Positions 10,052-20,461 of a stretch of DNA of 64,000 bases are shown in pieces. Origin of the DNA: Escherichia coli (GTDB taxonomy: Bacteria > Pseudomonadota > Gammaproteobacteria > Enterobacterales > Enterobacteriaceae); the NCBI RefSeq assembly GCF_030384885.1, contig NZ_CP128613.1. The stretch is one strand, 5' to 3'. Each line of letters opens with the position of its first letter. The first letter of the stretch is position 1. The notes under the pieces are model-generated. The model was not told the DNA's origin. It saw nothing but the letters and a program-made list of their open reading frames with translations, and searched no databases. The position numbers and the translations under genes were made by a program.

Positions 10052-11470
10052 TCAGACGCCGTAACGTTCGCACCAGCCAAGAATGGCTTTTTCGAAGCAG
10101 GCGAATGGTGGATGCACAATGCCCGCGCCAATCATGCCGACGCCCGCATCTTTATGGGCAATGGCGGTGTTGATCACTGGCAGAATGCCACTGCTACCCA
10201 CGCGGGTGATGTCGATTGCCGACGGCACGCCCATAAATCCGAGCAGCGGAATGGTGACGTTCGGGTTTTCGCCGAGGGTGATTTCACGCATCTGGCGGGA
10301 GAAATCGATAGCCTCTTCCACCGTACCGCCCACCAGCGCGACGATAGCGGGTGCGGTCGCCATAGCAAATCCACCAATGCCGTAGGTTTCGGTGATGGCG
10401 CTGTCGCCAATATCCAACCCAGAATCTTCCGGCTTATAACCTGCAAACATCGGGCCGATCACCTGCTGCGCCGGACCGGTAAACCATTGCCCCGGCAGGC
10501 CGCTGACCCGCAGGCCGAACTCGACGCCGTTACGCGCCATCGTGGTCACCACGGTGCTGTATTCGATGCCGTGCGCCGCATCCATCGCCGCTTTACACAT
10601 CGCCATCCACGTCGGGCCGGAGAAGTAGTCGCTGCTGGCGACAAACTCAAACACTTCGCGCTGTTGCTCGACGGAATAACCCGCCTGAATAATCCCCGGC
10701 GTCAGCGCCTGAATCAGCAGCGTCGTCCCGGCGTTATTGCGGTTATGGCATTCATCGCCCATATGCAGCGCCTGCGCCAGCATCAAGCGCAGATCGATCT
10801 CGCCGATAATTTTCATCGCGTCACGCAGCATTGGCCCCTGCACATCGCGCATCCAGTTGAGGCGGTCAATCACGCTCTGATCGTTGGCACCCATACGCAA
10901 AATCTTCGCCATCTGCTCGCTCATATTGGTGTAAGCGATGTTGCCGTAGGTTTTGTTTTTCACGATGTGCATAAACATCGAGGCAGAGGTAACACCCGCC
11001 ATCGAACCCACGCAGTCATGCTCGTGGCACGGCGAGAAAGTGATCTCCCCGGAAGCCGCCAGTTCGGCCGCCTCGTCGAGATCTTTCGCCAGCCCTTCGA
11101 ACACCAGGGCCCCGGTGACCGCGCCTTTCATCGCGCCGCACATTTTTTCCCAGGTCACTGGCGGCCCGGCGTGAAGAATGGTTTTCGCCGTCATGCCTGG
11201 CACCACGTTAATCGCCTGATCAAAGCCAATCAGTACCGGATGCGACTGGATAATGCGTTCCAGCGCCTGCTGGTTAGCGGCGGCGATTTTGTCTGCCAGC
11301 GGTGAATCGGCAATGTTGTCCAGCGCCTGCACCACCTGCATATTGCCCTGCCCCGGCGGCGTCCAGTCGAGTTGGGTCACTTCTACATACTGCTTTTTCA
11401 GGTCATCGCTAAACATGGCGATGCCGACGTTAATAACGTTCAACGGTTGGCTAAACAGTGACTGGCTCAT
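10052..11470 (-). CDS. yahG: DUF1116-family protein (YlbE paralog)
   Basis: 472-aa ORF matching K-12 YahG. Its start ATG shares one nucleotide with the yahF stop codon. Confidence 0.88.
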   Translation of the reverse strand: MSQSLFSQPLNVINVGIAMFSDDLKKQYVEVTQLDWTPPGQGNMQVVQALDNIADSPLADKIAAANQQALERIIQSHPVLIGFDQAINVVPGMTAKTILHAGPPVTWEKMCGAMKGAVTGALVFEGLAKDLDEAAELAASGEITFSPCHEHDCVGSMAGVTSASMFMHIVKNKTYGNIAYTNMSEQMAKILRMGANDQSVIDRLNWMRDVQGPMLRDAMKIIGEIDLRLMLAQALHMGDECHNRNNAGTTLLIQALTPGIIQAGYSVEQQREVFEFVASSDYFSGPTWMAMCKAAMDAAHGIEYSTVVTTMARNGVEFGLRVSGLPGQWFTGPAQQVIGPMFAGYKPEDSGLDIGDSAITETYGIGGFAMATAPAIVALVGGTVEEAIDFSRQMREITLGENPNVTIPLLGFMGVPSAIDITRVGSSGILPVINTAIAHKDAGVGMIGAGIVHPPFACFEKAILGWCERYGV

Positions 11471-13017
11471 CAGGCTTCCTCCCCTTTGCAGATAAATTCA
11501 CGCGCCAGCAATCCGGTATTGGTGCTACTGCTCGCCAGAATCACTCCGGCATCAAGCAGCATCTGGCTTTGTTGTTCTAATGATGGCGTATCGAGATCGG
11601 TGCCCAGTACATAGGCGAGAATGATCAACTCGCGTCCTTCGGCAGCGGCGATCGCTTTCGCTTCTTTGATCGCCTTGATGGTGGAACCGACCGGATCTTC
11701 ATGCGATCCAAATCCGAGCACAAAATCCATCACGATCACCGCCACTTCTGGATCACGCGCTTCTTCGATCAAGCGACTGATGCGGTTGGTGGGGTCAATC
11801 ATTGGATGCGGCTTGCCGTTGGTGAAGTCGTCATCGCCAAAGTCGAGGAAGGTGTGTTTGATGCTGCGGTTGATATCTTGCAGGCGGAATTCAGGATCGG
11901 GCTGGATGTTGCTGTAGACATCGCCGTGTTTTTCCATCACCGCGAACATGGTTTCGTCGCACAGTGTGCCGCCGCAGAACAGGCCACGAATGTATTTCTG
12001 CCGCGGTTGCAGACGCGCACGCACATCCGCAATCAACGGCTGGTTCAGGGTATGCAGGTCGAGATGTTCTTGTTTCACGCCACAGAGCATCACCGCTTTC
12101 AACGCCGCCTCTTTGGTGCCGCGGGCAAACTGTAGCCCGTGCTCGTCCACCGGTGTTTCGCCACGGCCGAGGAAGCAGACCACCACCGGCTTGCGGCAGG
12201 CGCGTGCGCGTTCCAGCACTTTGCGGGCCACCGCAGGCGCGGGCGGTTTGGAGATAAGTACAATGATTTCAGTTTGCGGATCGTTTTCCAGCATCCCGAT
12301 AGCGTCGAGCATCATCAGGCCGCCGATTTTCTCGCTCAGGTCGCGCCCGCCGGTACCGATCAGTTGCGAAACGCCGCCGCCAAATTCATGAATGCGGACG
12401 CTCAGCTCCTGGCTGCCGGTGCCGGATGCGCCAACAATACCGATGTTGCCGCGACGCACGGCGTTACCAAAGCAGAGCGCCGCGCCGTTGATAATCGCCG
12501 TGCCGCAGTCTGGCCCCATCATCAGCAGCCCTTTTTCGTGGGCCAACTGTTTGAGCGCCAGTTCATCTTCAACCGAGACGTTATCGGAAAACAGCATCAC
12601 GTTAAGATCGTTTTGCAGCGCCTGACGTGCTTCGCGAGCGGCAAACAGACCGTTGACCGAAATCACGGCCAGGTTACTTTCCGGGATATGCTTTTTGGCG
12701 CTGGCAATCGTGGCGTAACGCGCCTCGTGCGAGCCACTTTGCGCTTTGCTGTTGAACAGTTCTTCAATCTCCACCAGCAACTGCTCGTTGTCTGCGCCCG
12801 CTTTGCCGTTGATGACAATCATCAGGTCGCCGTTTTTCGCCTGTTCCAGCTCCGGCGTCAGCAGCCCTAAATTCTTCAGAACGCCTTTGTTCATTTCGGT
12901 CGCCATCGCCACAAATGCCTGCTCGACACCGTCGAGTTTATTTGCACGTGTGGAGATAGACATCAGCGAGACAGAATCAAAATAGGTATTCGGTTTAATG
13001 ACTATTTTAACTGACAT
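11470..13017 (-). CDS. yahF: FdrA-like acyl-CoA synthetase / succinyl-CoA ligase alpha-like protein
   Basis: 515-aa ORF matching K-12 YahF, with CoA-binding/ligase-like glycine-rich segments. It overlaps the yahE stop by 11 nt. Confidence 0.88.
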   Translation of the reverse strand: MSVKIVIKPNTYFDSVSLMSISTRANKLDGVEQAFVAMATEMNKGVLKNLGLLTPELEQAKNGDLMIVINGKAGADNEQLLVEIEELFNSKAQSGSHEARYATIASAKKHIPESNLAVISVNGLFAAREARQALQNDLNVMLFSDNVSVEDELALKQLAHEKGLLMMGPDCGTAIINGAALCFGNAVRRGNIGIVGASGTGSQELSVRIHEFGGGVSQLIGTGGRDLSEKIGGLMMLDAIGMLENDPQTEIIVLISKPPAPAVARKVLERARACRKPVVVCFLGRGETPVDEHGLQFARGTKEAALKAVMLCGVKQEHLDLHTLNQPLIADVRARLQPRQKYIRGLFCGGTLCDETMFAVMEKHGDVYSNIQPDPEFRLQDINRSIKHTFLDFGDDDFTNGKPHPMIDPTNRISRLIEEARDPEVAVIVMDFVLGFGSHEDPVGSTIKAIKEAKAIAAAEGRELIILAYVLGTDLDTPSLEQQSQMLLDAGVILASSSTNTGLLAREFICKGEEA

Positions 13018-13870
13018 AATTCCCTCCGTAGGTTTGGCTCAGCGCACAAGCATCGGCCATGCCATACAGCATGTCGCAGCCGGAACTGGAGCCAATATGT
13101 TTAATTTTTTCTATTGCCTGGGTTGAATTCCCAGGGATGCCATAAATAATGTCGTGAATAAAATGGTGAATATTTTCCCGACAACGTTGCTGTAATGCGG
13201 CTTCCAGCGTTATGGCACTTAGTAACGTGGTATTATTTCTGCCGCGTTGCAGACCGAGATAAAATTTCTCTTTGTATTTTTCCGCCGGATGCCCGGAAAT
13301 AAATAAAATAAGTACCAGCCCGGTCAGATAATCATCGGCTGATGGCGTAAGGCCAATCCCTAACCCCATCATATTAGCAACCGCCAAAGCGATATTTTGT
13401 TTATCGCTTACTGCCTGAATAACTGCCCGTCGTTTAATACGTAATTCTTTATTTAACGCCTGATAAAACGGATTATCGCCGCAATAATTAAACAGGGTTT
13501 CATTTTCCCCCAGGTGCTGATGAATAATGTCGTGCCACTGTTGCCAGGCGATAAGGTGAAATTTTTCAGCAGTCATTTGCAAGGTTGGGGACAGCCAACG
13601 CTGGCAATGACTCATCTCTATATGAAGATGTTGACCAACCGTAATGCCTTGATCGTCAAACTGAACTTTATCACCATGATGGAACAGACCATTAAAGTGA
13701 GTGAGTGCCAACCGACAACTGTTTGGCGCATTGTCGTACTCTTCACAAAGCAGCGTCAGCAACTGCTGGCGGGCCGGAAGTGCGATATTTACCGCTCTGG
13801 CAAAGACCTGTTCAACCTGTCCTTGCCCCCGCTGCGCCAGAAAATCAGCATCCGCAGTTAGCGCCCACAC
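13007..13870 (-). CDS. yahE: DUF2877-family protein (YlbF paralog)
   Basis: 287-aa ORF matching K-12 YahE, in the same operon as yahFG. Confidence 0.85.
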   Translation of the reverse strand: MWALTADADFLAQRGQGQVEQVFARAVNIALPARQQLLTLLCEEYDNAPNSCRLALTHFNGLFHHGDKVQFDDQGITVGQHLHIEMSHCQRWLSPTLQMTAEKFHLIAWQQWHDIIHQHLGENETLFNYCGDNPFYQALNKELRIKRRAVIQAVSDKQNIALAVANMMGLGIGLTPSADDYLTGLVLILFISGHPAEKYKEKFYLGLQRGRNNTTLLSAITLEAALQQRCRENIHHFIHDIIYGIPGNSTQAIEKIKHIGSSSGCDMLYGMADACALSQTYGGNYVS

Positions 13871-13909
13871 ACACCGTCTTTCTGGTGTGTTGATAGCAAG
13901 CCTCCCGGT

Positions 13910-14515
13910 TTATGCACCTGCGGCAATCAGTAACTGCGCAATCTCTTCAAAGCCTCGTTCCCGCGCCAGTTCCAGCGGCGTTTTACCATATTTATCGGTC
14001 AGATGCGGGCTGGCACCGTGCTCCAGCAATAACTGGACAATCGCCTGCTGTTTAATCCCACCATCGTTAAGCACAATCGCTTCCAGTAGCGGCGTCCAGC
14101 CAACATGGTTGGTCTGGTTAACGTTAATATCCGTATGCGCCAAAAGCTCTTTTACAATACTTAAATGGCCTTTTTCACAGGCAGGCGTCAGGCCGACACC
14201 GCCGAAACGGGTTACACAATTAAGGTCTGGTTTAGCCGGTAAAATAATTCGTAGTAGCGTTAAATCACCGTTCAGGCAGCTCATTAAAAAAGGATTTAAA
14301 CAGGTCTGGTCTTGTTTATTAATATCCGCACCGGCATCAATTAACGCCTGAACGCAAGCATATTGCTGATATAAACTTGCCAGCGTAATTGCCGTTTTCC
14401 CCTGGCGATCGCAGGTATTAATATCGACACCCAGCGCAAGGCAGGTTTTTACTTTATCGATATCACCCTGTTGTGCAGCCAATAAATAATCGGCAGGTAG
14501 ATTTTTTATACTCAT
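13910..14515 (-). CDS. yahD: Ankyrin-repeat protein
   Basis: 201-aa ORF with repeated ankyrin-type units (G.TPL..A...G....V..LL..GAD.N). Matches K-12 YahD. Confidence 0.88.
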   Translation of the reverse strand: MSIKNLPADYLLAAQQGDIDKVKTCLALGVDINTCDRQGKTAITLASLYQQYACVQALIDAGADINKQDQTCLNPFLMSCLNGDLTLLRIILPAKPDLNCVTRFGGVGLTPACEKGHLSIVKELLAHTDINVNQTNHVGWTPLLEAIVLNDGGIKQQAIVQLLLEHGASPHLTDKYGKTPLELARERGFEEIAQLLIAAGA

Positions 14516-14772
14516 TCACATTCCCCTGGTATTTGTGGCTGTTTTCGATGAATTGAGAATAGCAACGATAATCTGATAAAAGAACCCGCTTAAATTTAAT
14601 TCGCCGTATTTCGCCTTTTTGTTGAATGATGTTCAACAATCTTTTCGCAGTGTGCGGTAGTGCAATATTTGTTTCTTTGACCCGATACCCTTTCACTCAA
14701 TCAGGTTTTATTTCTCTATAGTCTGCACATGTAAGAGTAGCTTTCGTCCATGTCTAACCAGAGGGGAACAAG

Positions 14773-15270
14773 ATGAACGGACTCACGGCAACGGGTGTCA
14801 CCGTCGGTATTTGTGCAGGGCTTTGGCAGTTAGTGTCTTCACATGTCGGGCTCTCTCAGGGATGGGAATTATTAGGAACCATTGGCTTTGTCGCCTTTTG
14901 CAGTTTTTATGCCGCAGGCGGCGGTAAATCGGGGTTTATCAAGAGCCTGGCGGTTAATTACTCCGGGATGGTGTGGGCGTTTTTCGCCGCGCTGGCTTCC
15001 GGTTGGCTAGCCTCGGTGAGTGGGATTTCCGGCTTCTGGGCGAGCGTGATTATGACTGTACCCTTCTCGGCGGTGGTGGTCTGGCAAGGACGTTTCGGTT
15101 TACTGTCTTTTATTCCCGGAGGCTTTCTCGGCATGACGCTATTTTTTGCCAGCGGGATGAACTGGACGGTGACATTACTGGGTTTTCTGGCGGGTAACTG
15201 CGTGGGAATAATTTCAGAATATGGCGGACAAAAATTAAGCGAAGCGACGACTAAACGCGACGGGTATTAA
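14773..15270 (+). CDS. yahC: Inner-membrane protein YahC (DUF1097)
   Basis: 165-aa hydrophobic ORF matching K-12 YahC. Confidence 0.85.
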   Translation: MNGLTATGVTVGICAGLWQLVSSHVGLSQGWELLGTIGFVAFCSFYAAGGGKSGFIKSLAVNYSGMVWAFFAALASGWLASVSGISGFWASVIMTVPFSAVVVWQGRFGLLSFIPGGFLGMTLFFASGMNWTVTLLGFLAGNCVGIISEYGGQKLSEATTKRDGY

Positions 15271-15361
15271 AAGTTATTCAAAAATGATTATCTATCTTTA
15301 ACCGATACCTCTACAGTCATGACTGGAGAAATTCAAATTAGATAATGGCGGGAATGGTTTA

Positions 15362-16294
15362 ATGAACTCAATTTTCACCGAAGAAAACCTGTTGGCGTTT
15401 ACTACCGCTGCGCGTTTTAGCAGCTTCAGTAAAGCGGCAGACGAGTTGGGTTTAACCACTTCCGCCATTAGCTACACCATCAAGCGAATGGAAACGGGGC
15501 TGGATGTGGTGCTGTTCACCCGTAACACCCGCAGTATTGAGTTAACCGAGTCCGGGCGTTATTTTTTCCGCAAAGCTACCGACCTGCTGAATGATTTTCA
15601 CGCCATCAAACGCAGCATTGATACTATTTCGCAGGGCATTGAAGCACGGGTTCGCATTTGTATTAACCAGCTGCTTTATACGCCCAAACACACCGCACGC
15701 TTATTACAGGTACTGAAAAAGCAATTTCCAACCTGCCAGATTACCGTCACCACCGAAGTGTATAATGGCGTCTGGGATGCGATTATTAATAATCAGGCGA
15801 ATATCGCTATCGGCGCACCCGACACGCTGCTGGACGGCGGCGGCATTGATTACACGGAGATTGGCGCGATTCGCTGGGCTTTTGCTATCGCCCCGGATCA
15901 CCCGTTAGCCTTTGTGCCAGAGCCGATCGCTGAAAGTCAGCTACGTCTCTACCCCAATATCATGGTGGAAGACACCGCGCATACGATTAATAAAAAAGTG
16001 GGCTGGTTGCTGCATGGGCAGGAGTCGATTCTGGTGCCAGATTTCAACACCAAATGTCAGTGCCAGATTTTAGGCGAAGGAATTGGTTTTTTGCCGGATT
16101 ACATGGTCCGTGAGGCGATGGCGCAATCCCTGCTGGTTACCCGACAAATCCATAATCCGCGCCAGGATTCACGCATGTTACTGGCGACCCAGCACTCTGC
16201 CACCGGTCAGGTGACGCAGTGGATTAAAAAACAATTTTCGCCAAATGGCATATTAACGGGGATCTATCAGGATTTACTGCATCGGGAGAATTAA
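15362..16294 (+). CDS. yahB: LysR-family transcriptional regulator
   Basis: 310-aa ORF with an N-terminal LysR-type HTH (FSKAADELGLTTSAISYTIKRME). Matches K-12 YahB. Confidence 0.9.
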   Translation: MNSIFTEENLLAFTTAARFSSFSKAADELGLTTSAISYTIKRMETGLDVVLFTRNTRSIELTESGRYFFRKATDLLNDFHAIKRSIDTISQGIEARVRICINQLLYTPKHTARLLQVLKKQFPTCQITVTTEVYNGVWDAIINNQANIAIGAPDTLLDGGGIDYTEIGAIRWAFAIAPDHPLAFVPEPIAESQLRLYPNIMVEDTAHTINKKVGWLLHGQESILVPDFNTKCQCQILGEGIGFLPDYMVREAMAQSLLVTRQIHNPRQDSRMLLATQHSATGQVTQWIKKQFSPNGILTGIYQDLLHREN

Positions 16295-16335
16295 TCGCTG
16301 CCAACCTCCCGATGCGCTGTGAATAGCGGTTTACA

Positions 16336-17424
16336 TCAACCACCTGCTTTCATTACCCATTCAGAGATAAATTTATTACCCGGTACTGGCGGAGAGTACA
16401 AATAGCCCTGCAAAAAGTGAACGCCTTTGCCGATCATTAAATCCGCCTGCTCCTGGGTTTCTACCCCTTCCGCCACGATACTCAGACCAGGCTTACGCGC
16501 CAGTTCGACAATATTGTCCACAATATGACCGGAGATTTCGTCAACACTCGCCATTTGCACAAACGACTTGTCAATTTTAATAAAATCGACCGGAAACGCC
16601 TGCAGATAACGATAGGTCGCATAACCCGTACCAAAGTCATCCAGCGCAAAGGTAATGTTATGCTGATGAAGGCTGTCAAATATCGCTCTGGCTTCTGGCG
16701 TTACCGGAATGGGGTTGCGTTCCGTTAGCTCAAGAACCAGCTTGATTTTATCGTTACCTAATTTCTTGACCAGGTTCAGACACTCTTTTTCAAATCCTGC
16801 GGCCAAAAAACATCCTGCCGAGACGTTGATTCCAATATGGAAATTATCCGGCAGCAAATGTTTTACTGGCATCAGAATATCCGCAGTCTGTTTCATCAGC
16901 TGGCGAGTCATTATGACAATAAGACCGGATGACTCCGCCAGAGGAATAAACTGATCCGGTGGGATAATTCCCGTTTGCGGATGTTCCCAGCGGACAAGCA
17001 CTTCACAGCCCGTCAGTACCCCAGTCTGCGCGCAGAAAACCGGTTGGATCCACGGTTTGAATTCGTGATTTTCCAACGCCAGACTGATGGCTTCAGGCGT
17101 GACGATATGGTGATAGTGATTATCATTAATATATTTGTGACTATTATTACCCGTGGCGGATATGATCTCCGGATTGTACTGAAAGAAAATATCCCGCCAG
17201 AAAGTAATATCGCTCTGAATCCCCAGTTTCTCAAAGAGCTGTTTCTTTTGATGTGAAATGGTCTTTGCACTGCGATTTCTGTACTGTGATATTTCTGTTA
17301 CAGACATTCCCTGCATCAGCAGCTTGAGTAGCAGTCGTTCTTTCTCGGATACGCTACCAGGCAATGACAAATGAACCGTTGTACCGAACTCTTGCAGAAA
17401 AACACGAAAATCACATGAATTCAT
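16336..17424 (-). CDS. pdeL: c-di-GMP phosphodiesterase with LuxR-type HTH and EAL domain
   Basis: Matches K-12 PdeL/YahA (362 aa) from MNSCDF. It has an N-terminal LuxR HTH and a C-terminal EAL domain (ELTE, DDFGTGY). Confidence 0.92.
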   Translation of the reverse strand: MNSCDFRVFLQEFGTTVHLSLPGSVSEKERLLLKLLMQGMSVTEISQYRNRSAKTISHQKKQLFEKLGIQSDITFWRDIFFQYNPEIISATGNNSHKYINDNHYHHIVTPEAISLALENHEFKPWIQPVFCAQTGVLTGCEVLVRWEHPQTGIIPPDQFIPLAESSGLIVIMTRQLMKQTADILMPVKHLLPDNFHIGINVSAGCFLAAGFEKECLNLVKKLGNDKIKLVLELTERNPIPVTPEARAIFDSLHQHNITFALDDFGTGYATYRYLQAFPVDFIKIDKSFVQMASVDEISGHIVDNIVELARKPGLSIVAEGVETQEQADLMIGKGVHFLQGYLYSPPVPGNKFISEWVMKAGG

Positions 17425-18299
17425 GAACACACCTTTTATCTTTTATCGCTGTTCAGTATGAGTGATTACCTGTGGATTCCTGAGCACACATAAGGGGTAA
17501 CCATAAACATTAGCGATGCCATACGTATAACATCCCACATCACTATCAAGAAGATTATCTTTACCTCTGATGCTCGCTCAAAAACAGTTACGCTAAATAC
17601 CTTAAAAAGGTAATCACAAGTCAAACTCAGGAGATAATCACGCAAGAATGCAATATTAAAATTCAGATACTCATTTTTGGTAATAAAGAAGTAGTTGGAC
17701 TATTTCGATATTTATAATTTCCCACTACGTATTGACGCCCATTCATGAGTAAAGGCGCATTATATGAATTTAACAATCCAGATCAACTGAAAATACCTCA
17801 ACCTCATAAACACATAGCGTCAACATTCAATGACATAATGAGTAAAGATGTTGGTTATGCATACACGTCATTACTCTATGCCAATCCCTTAACAACCTGC
17901 TTTTTAAGACTGAATCCATTCAGCAATAGATAGCCAACATTATAACAATGACAATAAAAACAATATTTAAAACAATCAATAAAATATCAGACACAAACAA
18001 TTAAACCTTAAACAACAAACAGTTACATTGATTTTAGTTGATTTGCGCTATGCGTTCCCCATGAATAAAGCGTCATTTCAAATTAGCACCAATATTTACA
18101 TTAAATAAGACTAAGCTTATTGAACATTCACAACAGTCCAAACGTAGTGTTTGGGCTTCAATAGTTCTTTTCTTTTTTATTATCTGTTGCCTGGCAATCA
18201 TCAATCGATACTAAGGGCTTAACTGTACAGATATAACGTATCAAGAGGTAAGAGAAACCACGCCATATGCAGACATGGCGCGGTTTTATGCAATAACAA

Positions 18300-20333
18300 T
18301 CACGCGTCCGGGAACATTACGCTATTACCCGGCGCTTCACGATGGAGATGGATAAAGTTTAGGTGCCGCTCGTACTGATCGAGAATATCGGTGATCACCT
18401 GCTCTTTGCTGTAGTCCATCAGGTCGTTACCCTGGCTGCCTTCTAACAGGAAGGTTTCCAGCCGGTAATAGGTCGATTTCCCGCTACGTGCGCGGTAGGT
18501 AAAGCCCGGCACCGAATATTGCTGTGGCCAAATCTGATAGACAAAGTTTTGCTCTTCACCCATATGCACCAGCAAATCCAGATGCCCTAACTGTTGTCCC
18601 TCTTCCGGCGGCAGGCTTTTTAGCTCCACGTACGCGCCGCGCAACCGCAGCTCCTGCGCCACTTCTTCCATTGCCGGGTAACAGACCGTCTCCATCATCT
18701 GTTTGGTGTAACGCGTGCCCGGATAATTCATCAGGCGCGAGAGACGTTTTTTCCAGCTCAGGCGATCCTGAAGCCCCAGCGGTCGCGGCGCGGTATCACG
18801 GTTGGCACTTTCACGGCGGTAATCTTCTACCTTCAGAGATTTATACAATCCCGCCATCACGAAGAAAATCACAAAGCTGAACGGCAGCCCCATGATTACC
18901 GTGGTGTTTTGCAGCGCGGATATCCCGTTGGTCATCAGCATGCCAAGCGTCAGCAGACCAATCGCCACCGACCAGAAGACGCGCAGCCAGCCGGGGGCGT
19001 CGCTGTTGATATCTTTAAGCTGCGAGGTGAAATTCCCCAGCACCAGCGCGCCGGAGTCCGCCGAGGTCACATAAAACAGCAGGCCAGTAATGGTGGCAAC
19101 CGAGGCGCTAAAGGTAAACGCCGGATACTGCGCCAGCAGGCTGTAGAAGCCGCGCTCCGGATGGACCATCGCTTCCTCGGCAAATGCCGCGCCGCCGTGG
19201 ATGATTTCATACAGCGCGCTATTGCCGAATACCGAGAGCCATAACAGCGTGAAGGTAAACGGAATAATCAACGTGCCCAGCACGAACTGGCGAATGGTGC
19301 GTCCACGCGAGATACGCGCCAGGAACAGGCCGACAAACGGCGACCAGGCTACCCACCATGCCCAGAAAAAGAGCGTCCAGTTATTCATCCACTCAACCGG
19401 GCGGTCAAAGGCGAAACTGTTGAGCGTCATGCCCATAAAGCGGTTAACGTAATCGCCAACGTTCAGCACCAGCGCATTAAGCAGGAACGAGGTGTCGCCC
19501 ATAAACAGCACGAACAGGATCAACCCCAGCGCCAGTGCGACATTGAGTTCAGACAATACGCGAATGCCTTTGTCGACACCGGAAGTCACCGAGATAGTCG
19601 CGATGATTACCGACAGCGCGATCAGCGCCGCTTTCGCCGCCATTGAATCCGGGATATCAAACAGTACGCTCAGGCCATAGTTAAGCTGCACCACGCCAAT
19701 GCCGAGCGTGGTGGCAATCCCGAAGATGGTGCCGATCACCGCTGCAATATCCACCGAGTGACCAATCGGCCCGTTGATCCGTTTACCGAAAATCGGATAC
19801 AGCGCCGAGCGGATCGTGAGCGGCAAATTATAACGATAGCTGAAGTATCCGAGCGCCATGCCCATCAGCGCATACATCGACCAGCCGGTTAAGCCGTAGT
19901 GAAACAGCGTCCAGACCATCGCCTGACGCGCCGCTTCCATCGTCTGCCCTGCCCCTTCCGGCGGCTGCATATACTGCGTGACCGGCTCAGCAACGGAGAA
20001 GAACATCAGATCAATACCAATCCCGGCAGCGAACAGCATCGCCGCCCAGCTCAGTAGACTGAATTCCGGTTTGGATTGTTCAGGCCCGAGCTTCACCGAA
20101 CCAAAACGCGAACAAGCGATGCAGACCACAAAGACAATATAGAGCGTTGCCGCCAGCAGATAGTACCAACCGAAGGTTTTAGAAACCCAGTCCAGCGTGC
20201 GGCCAATCCACAGGGCCGAGAAGTCGCGAAACAGGATCGTTGTCAGGGAAAACAACAAAATCAGTCCGGCGGAGGTGTAAAACACCACCGGATTGATTTT
20301 GTCCTTTTCCCTGCTGTGCGAAAGGTCTGTCAT
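18300..20333 (-). CDS. betT: Choline transporter, BCCT family
   Basis: 677-aa polytopic ORF matching K-12 BetT, divergent from betIBA. Confidence 0.95.
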   Translation of the reverse strand: MTDLSHSREKDKINPVVFYTSAGLILLFSLTTILFRDFSALWIGRTLDWVSKTFGWYYLLAATLYIVFVVCIACSRFGSVKLGPEQSKPEFSLLSWAAMLFAAGIGIDLMFFSVAEPVTQYMQPPEGAGQTMEAARQAMVWTLFHYGLTGWSMYALMGMALGYFSYRYNLPLTIRSALYPIFGKRINGPIGHSVDIAAVIGTIFGIATTLGIGVVQLNYGLSVLFDIPDSMAAKAALIALSVIIATISVTSGVDKGIRVLSELNVALALGLILFVLFMGDTSFLLNALVLNVGDYVNRFMGMTLNSFAFDRPVEWMNNWTLFFWAWWVAWSPFVGLFLARISRGRTIRQFVLGTLIIPFTFTLLWLSVFGNSALYEIIHGGAAFAEEAMVHPERGFYSLLAQYPAFTFSASVATITGLLFYVTSADSGALVLGNFTSQLKDINSDAPGWLRVFWSVAIGLLTLGMLMTNGISALQNTTVIMGLPFSFVIFFVMAGLYKSLKVEDYRRESANRDTAPRPLGLQDRLSWKKRLSRLMNYPGTRYTKQMMETVCYPAMEEVAQELRLRGAYVELKSLPPEEGQQLGHLDLLVHMGEEQNFVYQIWPQQYSVPGFTYRARSGKSTYYRLETFLLEGSQGNDLMDYSKEQVITDILDQYERHLNFIHLHREAPGNSVMFPDA

Positions 20334-20397
20334 CCAGTATCCCCACTGTTATTGTTACCATTTAAAATCAAATTAGTAACAATTAAGACACATTTTA

Positions 20398-20417
20398 TAT
20401 TGAACGTCCAATCAATA
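20398..20417. promoter_or_regulatory. Candidate BetI operator (dyad TATTGA-N8-TCAATA) in the betT/betI divergent promoter region
   Basis: A perfect 6-bp dyad is seen in the 128-bp betT-betI intergenic region. Assigning it to BetI is inference from its position. Confidence 0.45.
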
Positions 20418-20461
20418 ACGGCTTTAATGTATAAACAACGCTGATGAATGGAGTGGCAAAA

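Noticed and set aside
10112-11305. 397-aa plus-strand ORF, and similar long ORFs at 12139-12870, 21618-22436, 23335-24033, 38769-39398 and 58703-59608.
   Set aside because: All lie antisense to well-supported genes (yahG, yahF, betB, betA, the AKR, the portal). Their products are Arg/His/Gly-rich and low in complexity, typical of shadow ORFs in GC-rich coding DNA. They have no SD or family resemblance.
17431-18299. Long (~870 nt) AT-rich pdeL-betT intergenic region with a 62-codon ORF (17745-17933); considered as a hidden gene or sRNA locus.
   Set aside because: The ORF has no SD and an implausible composition. I recall the long AT-rich spacer also being present in K-12, where it is the heavily regulated pdeL promoter region. 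I could not define any discrete structure.
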